Source: Owenia fusiformis | Taxonomy: Eukaryota | Assembly: GCA_903813345.2 (NCBI GenBank) | Contig: CAIIXF020000001.1 | Coordinates: 46,624,001-46,688,000, forward strand | Reading direction: 5' to 3' | DNA: 64,000 bases | Shown here: positions 62,801 through 64,000 of the stretch, piece after piece | Layout of the letters: every line of letters begins with the position of its first letter | Position numbering within the stretch: position 1 is the stretch's first letter | Notes under the pieces: model-generated | Told to the model about the DNA's origin: nothing | The model's input: only the letters and a program-made list of their open reading frames with translations | Database searches by the model: none | Made by a program: the position numbers and the translations under genes

Positions 62801-64000
62801 ATCTATCTGTGTGCAAAAATTCAGCCAAAAATATTGAAGTGTAGTGTCAGGATTTGAGAAACTTGAAAAAAACTTAGATTTGACCTAGATTTTGACCTTT
62901 GATCTTGACCTAGATAAAAGTTCCTTTCCCGCCAAGTTCAGCCCAGGTCCCTAGTAGGAGTATGTAGTACCTAGTTGAAAAGTAGTTGGAAGTAGGATAA
63001 AAAGAGGGAGGAAGAATAAATAATAAAGAATAATAATAAAGAATAATAATATCTACAAAATTGATAGGAGGCCCCCCGATGGGGCCTCCTAATAATAACT
63101 AGATGTATAAGAAGATTGCAAGCAATCTTACGGAGGCCCCATAGGCTTTTTTGAACATTTAAAGGTCAGCCAAAGGTCAAATCTTAAAAACAAGGTCATA
63201 TATGAACTCCAGGCATCTTGTAGATGATTTAAAAAAAAAGTTTGGTCAATTTGAAGCAATGTGAAATTTGACCTTGAAAAATTTCAACATTAGACCTTTT
63301 TCAGTTTTTGAGGTCCAATATATCAAAACTGGTGCAGAATTTTAATAGCTAATCAATTGTTAATATGTGTAAAACCTTTAGAGGAATATAAATCCTGACT
63401 TTAGTTCAAAAATATTGATTTGTAGTCTCAAACTTTGAGAAACTTAGAAAACACAGTTTGTGATCTTGTTTGATGACCTTGACCTTTGACCTTGAAAATT
63501 TTACTTTTTTAGACCTCAGTATATCTTTTCTGATTGAATAAACCTAAATTTGAATCCAGAAAATCAATTTGAAAAATCAACTTTTTTGACCTTTCGAAGG
63601 TCACTGAAGGTCAACTAAAGCTCATAGGTCAAAACTAAGGTCAGATTTGAGTTCCTGAGATCTTGTAGATGGTTTTAAAAAAAATTTGGTCAATTTAGAG
63701 CAAGTTGAAATTTGACCTTGAAAAATTTCGAAATTTGACCTTTTTTCAGTTTTTGAGTTCTAATATCTCAAAACTGGAGCAAAATTTTAATAGTGCTAAT
63801 ATGTGTAGAACCTTTAGAGGAATATATATTCTGACTTTCAGTAAAAAAATTGATTTGTAGTCTCCAATTTTGAGAAACTTAGAAAACACAGTTTGTGATT
63901 TTGTTTGATGACCTTGACCTTTGACCTTGCAAATTTTACCTGTTTAGACCCCAGTGGGTCTTTTGTGAATAAATATACCTAAATTTGAATGCAGAAAATC
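59842..64000 (+). mobile_element. Three head-to-tail HINE/pearl-like elements (starts about 59842, 61227, 63097)
   Basis: Each starts AACTAGA...AAGATTGCAAGCAATCTTA.GGAGGCCC and has about 440-bp core repeats; the second ends in an AAT/AAG-rich tract and hairpin GGAGGCCCC-CCGAT-GGGGCCTCC at 63066-63089; the third runs off the window. Confidence 0.85.

Overview
AT-rich, intron-rich animal genomic DNA. The repeat families resemble those of lophotrochozoan invertebrates, but the taxon cannot be fixed from sequence alone. Two host genes lie on the minus strand. One is the 5' end of a laminin alpha-1/2-type gene, with four coding exons (38271-38343, 14273-14574, 3708-3950, 2548-2604) that join in frame. 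The other is the 3' end of a divergent ZSWIM4/5/6/8-like gene (exons 54935-55068, 50196-50533, 48120-48256, 46677-47762), which carries an intronless, highly divergent rhodopsin-like 7TM ORF nested antisense in an intron. The most striking object is a very young 9.6-kb Gypsy-type LTR element (16146-25736) in laminin intron 1. It has two near-identical 3179-bp LTRs, a tRNA-Leu primer binding site and a polypurine tract, but encodes only an intact Gag-protease ORF (no RT, RNase H or integrase). About 70% of each LTR is a hierarchical array of ~30-bp monomers lying downstream of the LTR TATA box. Other mobile DNA includes a Penelope-like insertion with inverted pLTRs and hammerhead-like motifs, a CR1/L2-type LINE fragment split by a Helentron-like (HINE/pearl) element, several further HINE families, a CAC...GTG foldback element with a 5-bp TSD, and tiny TA...TA elements with 9-bp TSDs. 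All family calls come from motif recognition by eye; no database search was run.
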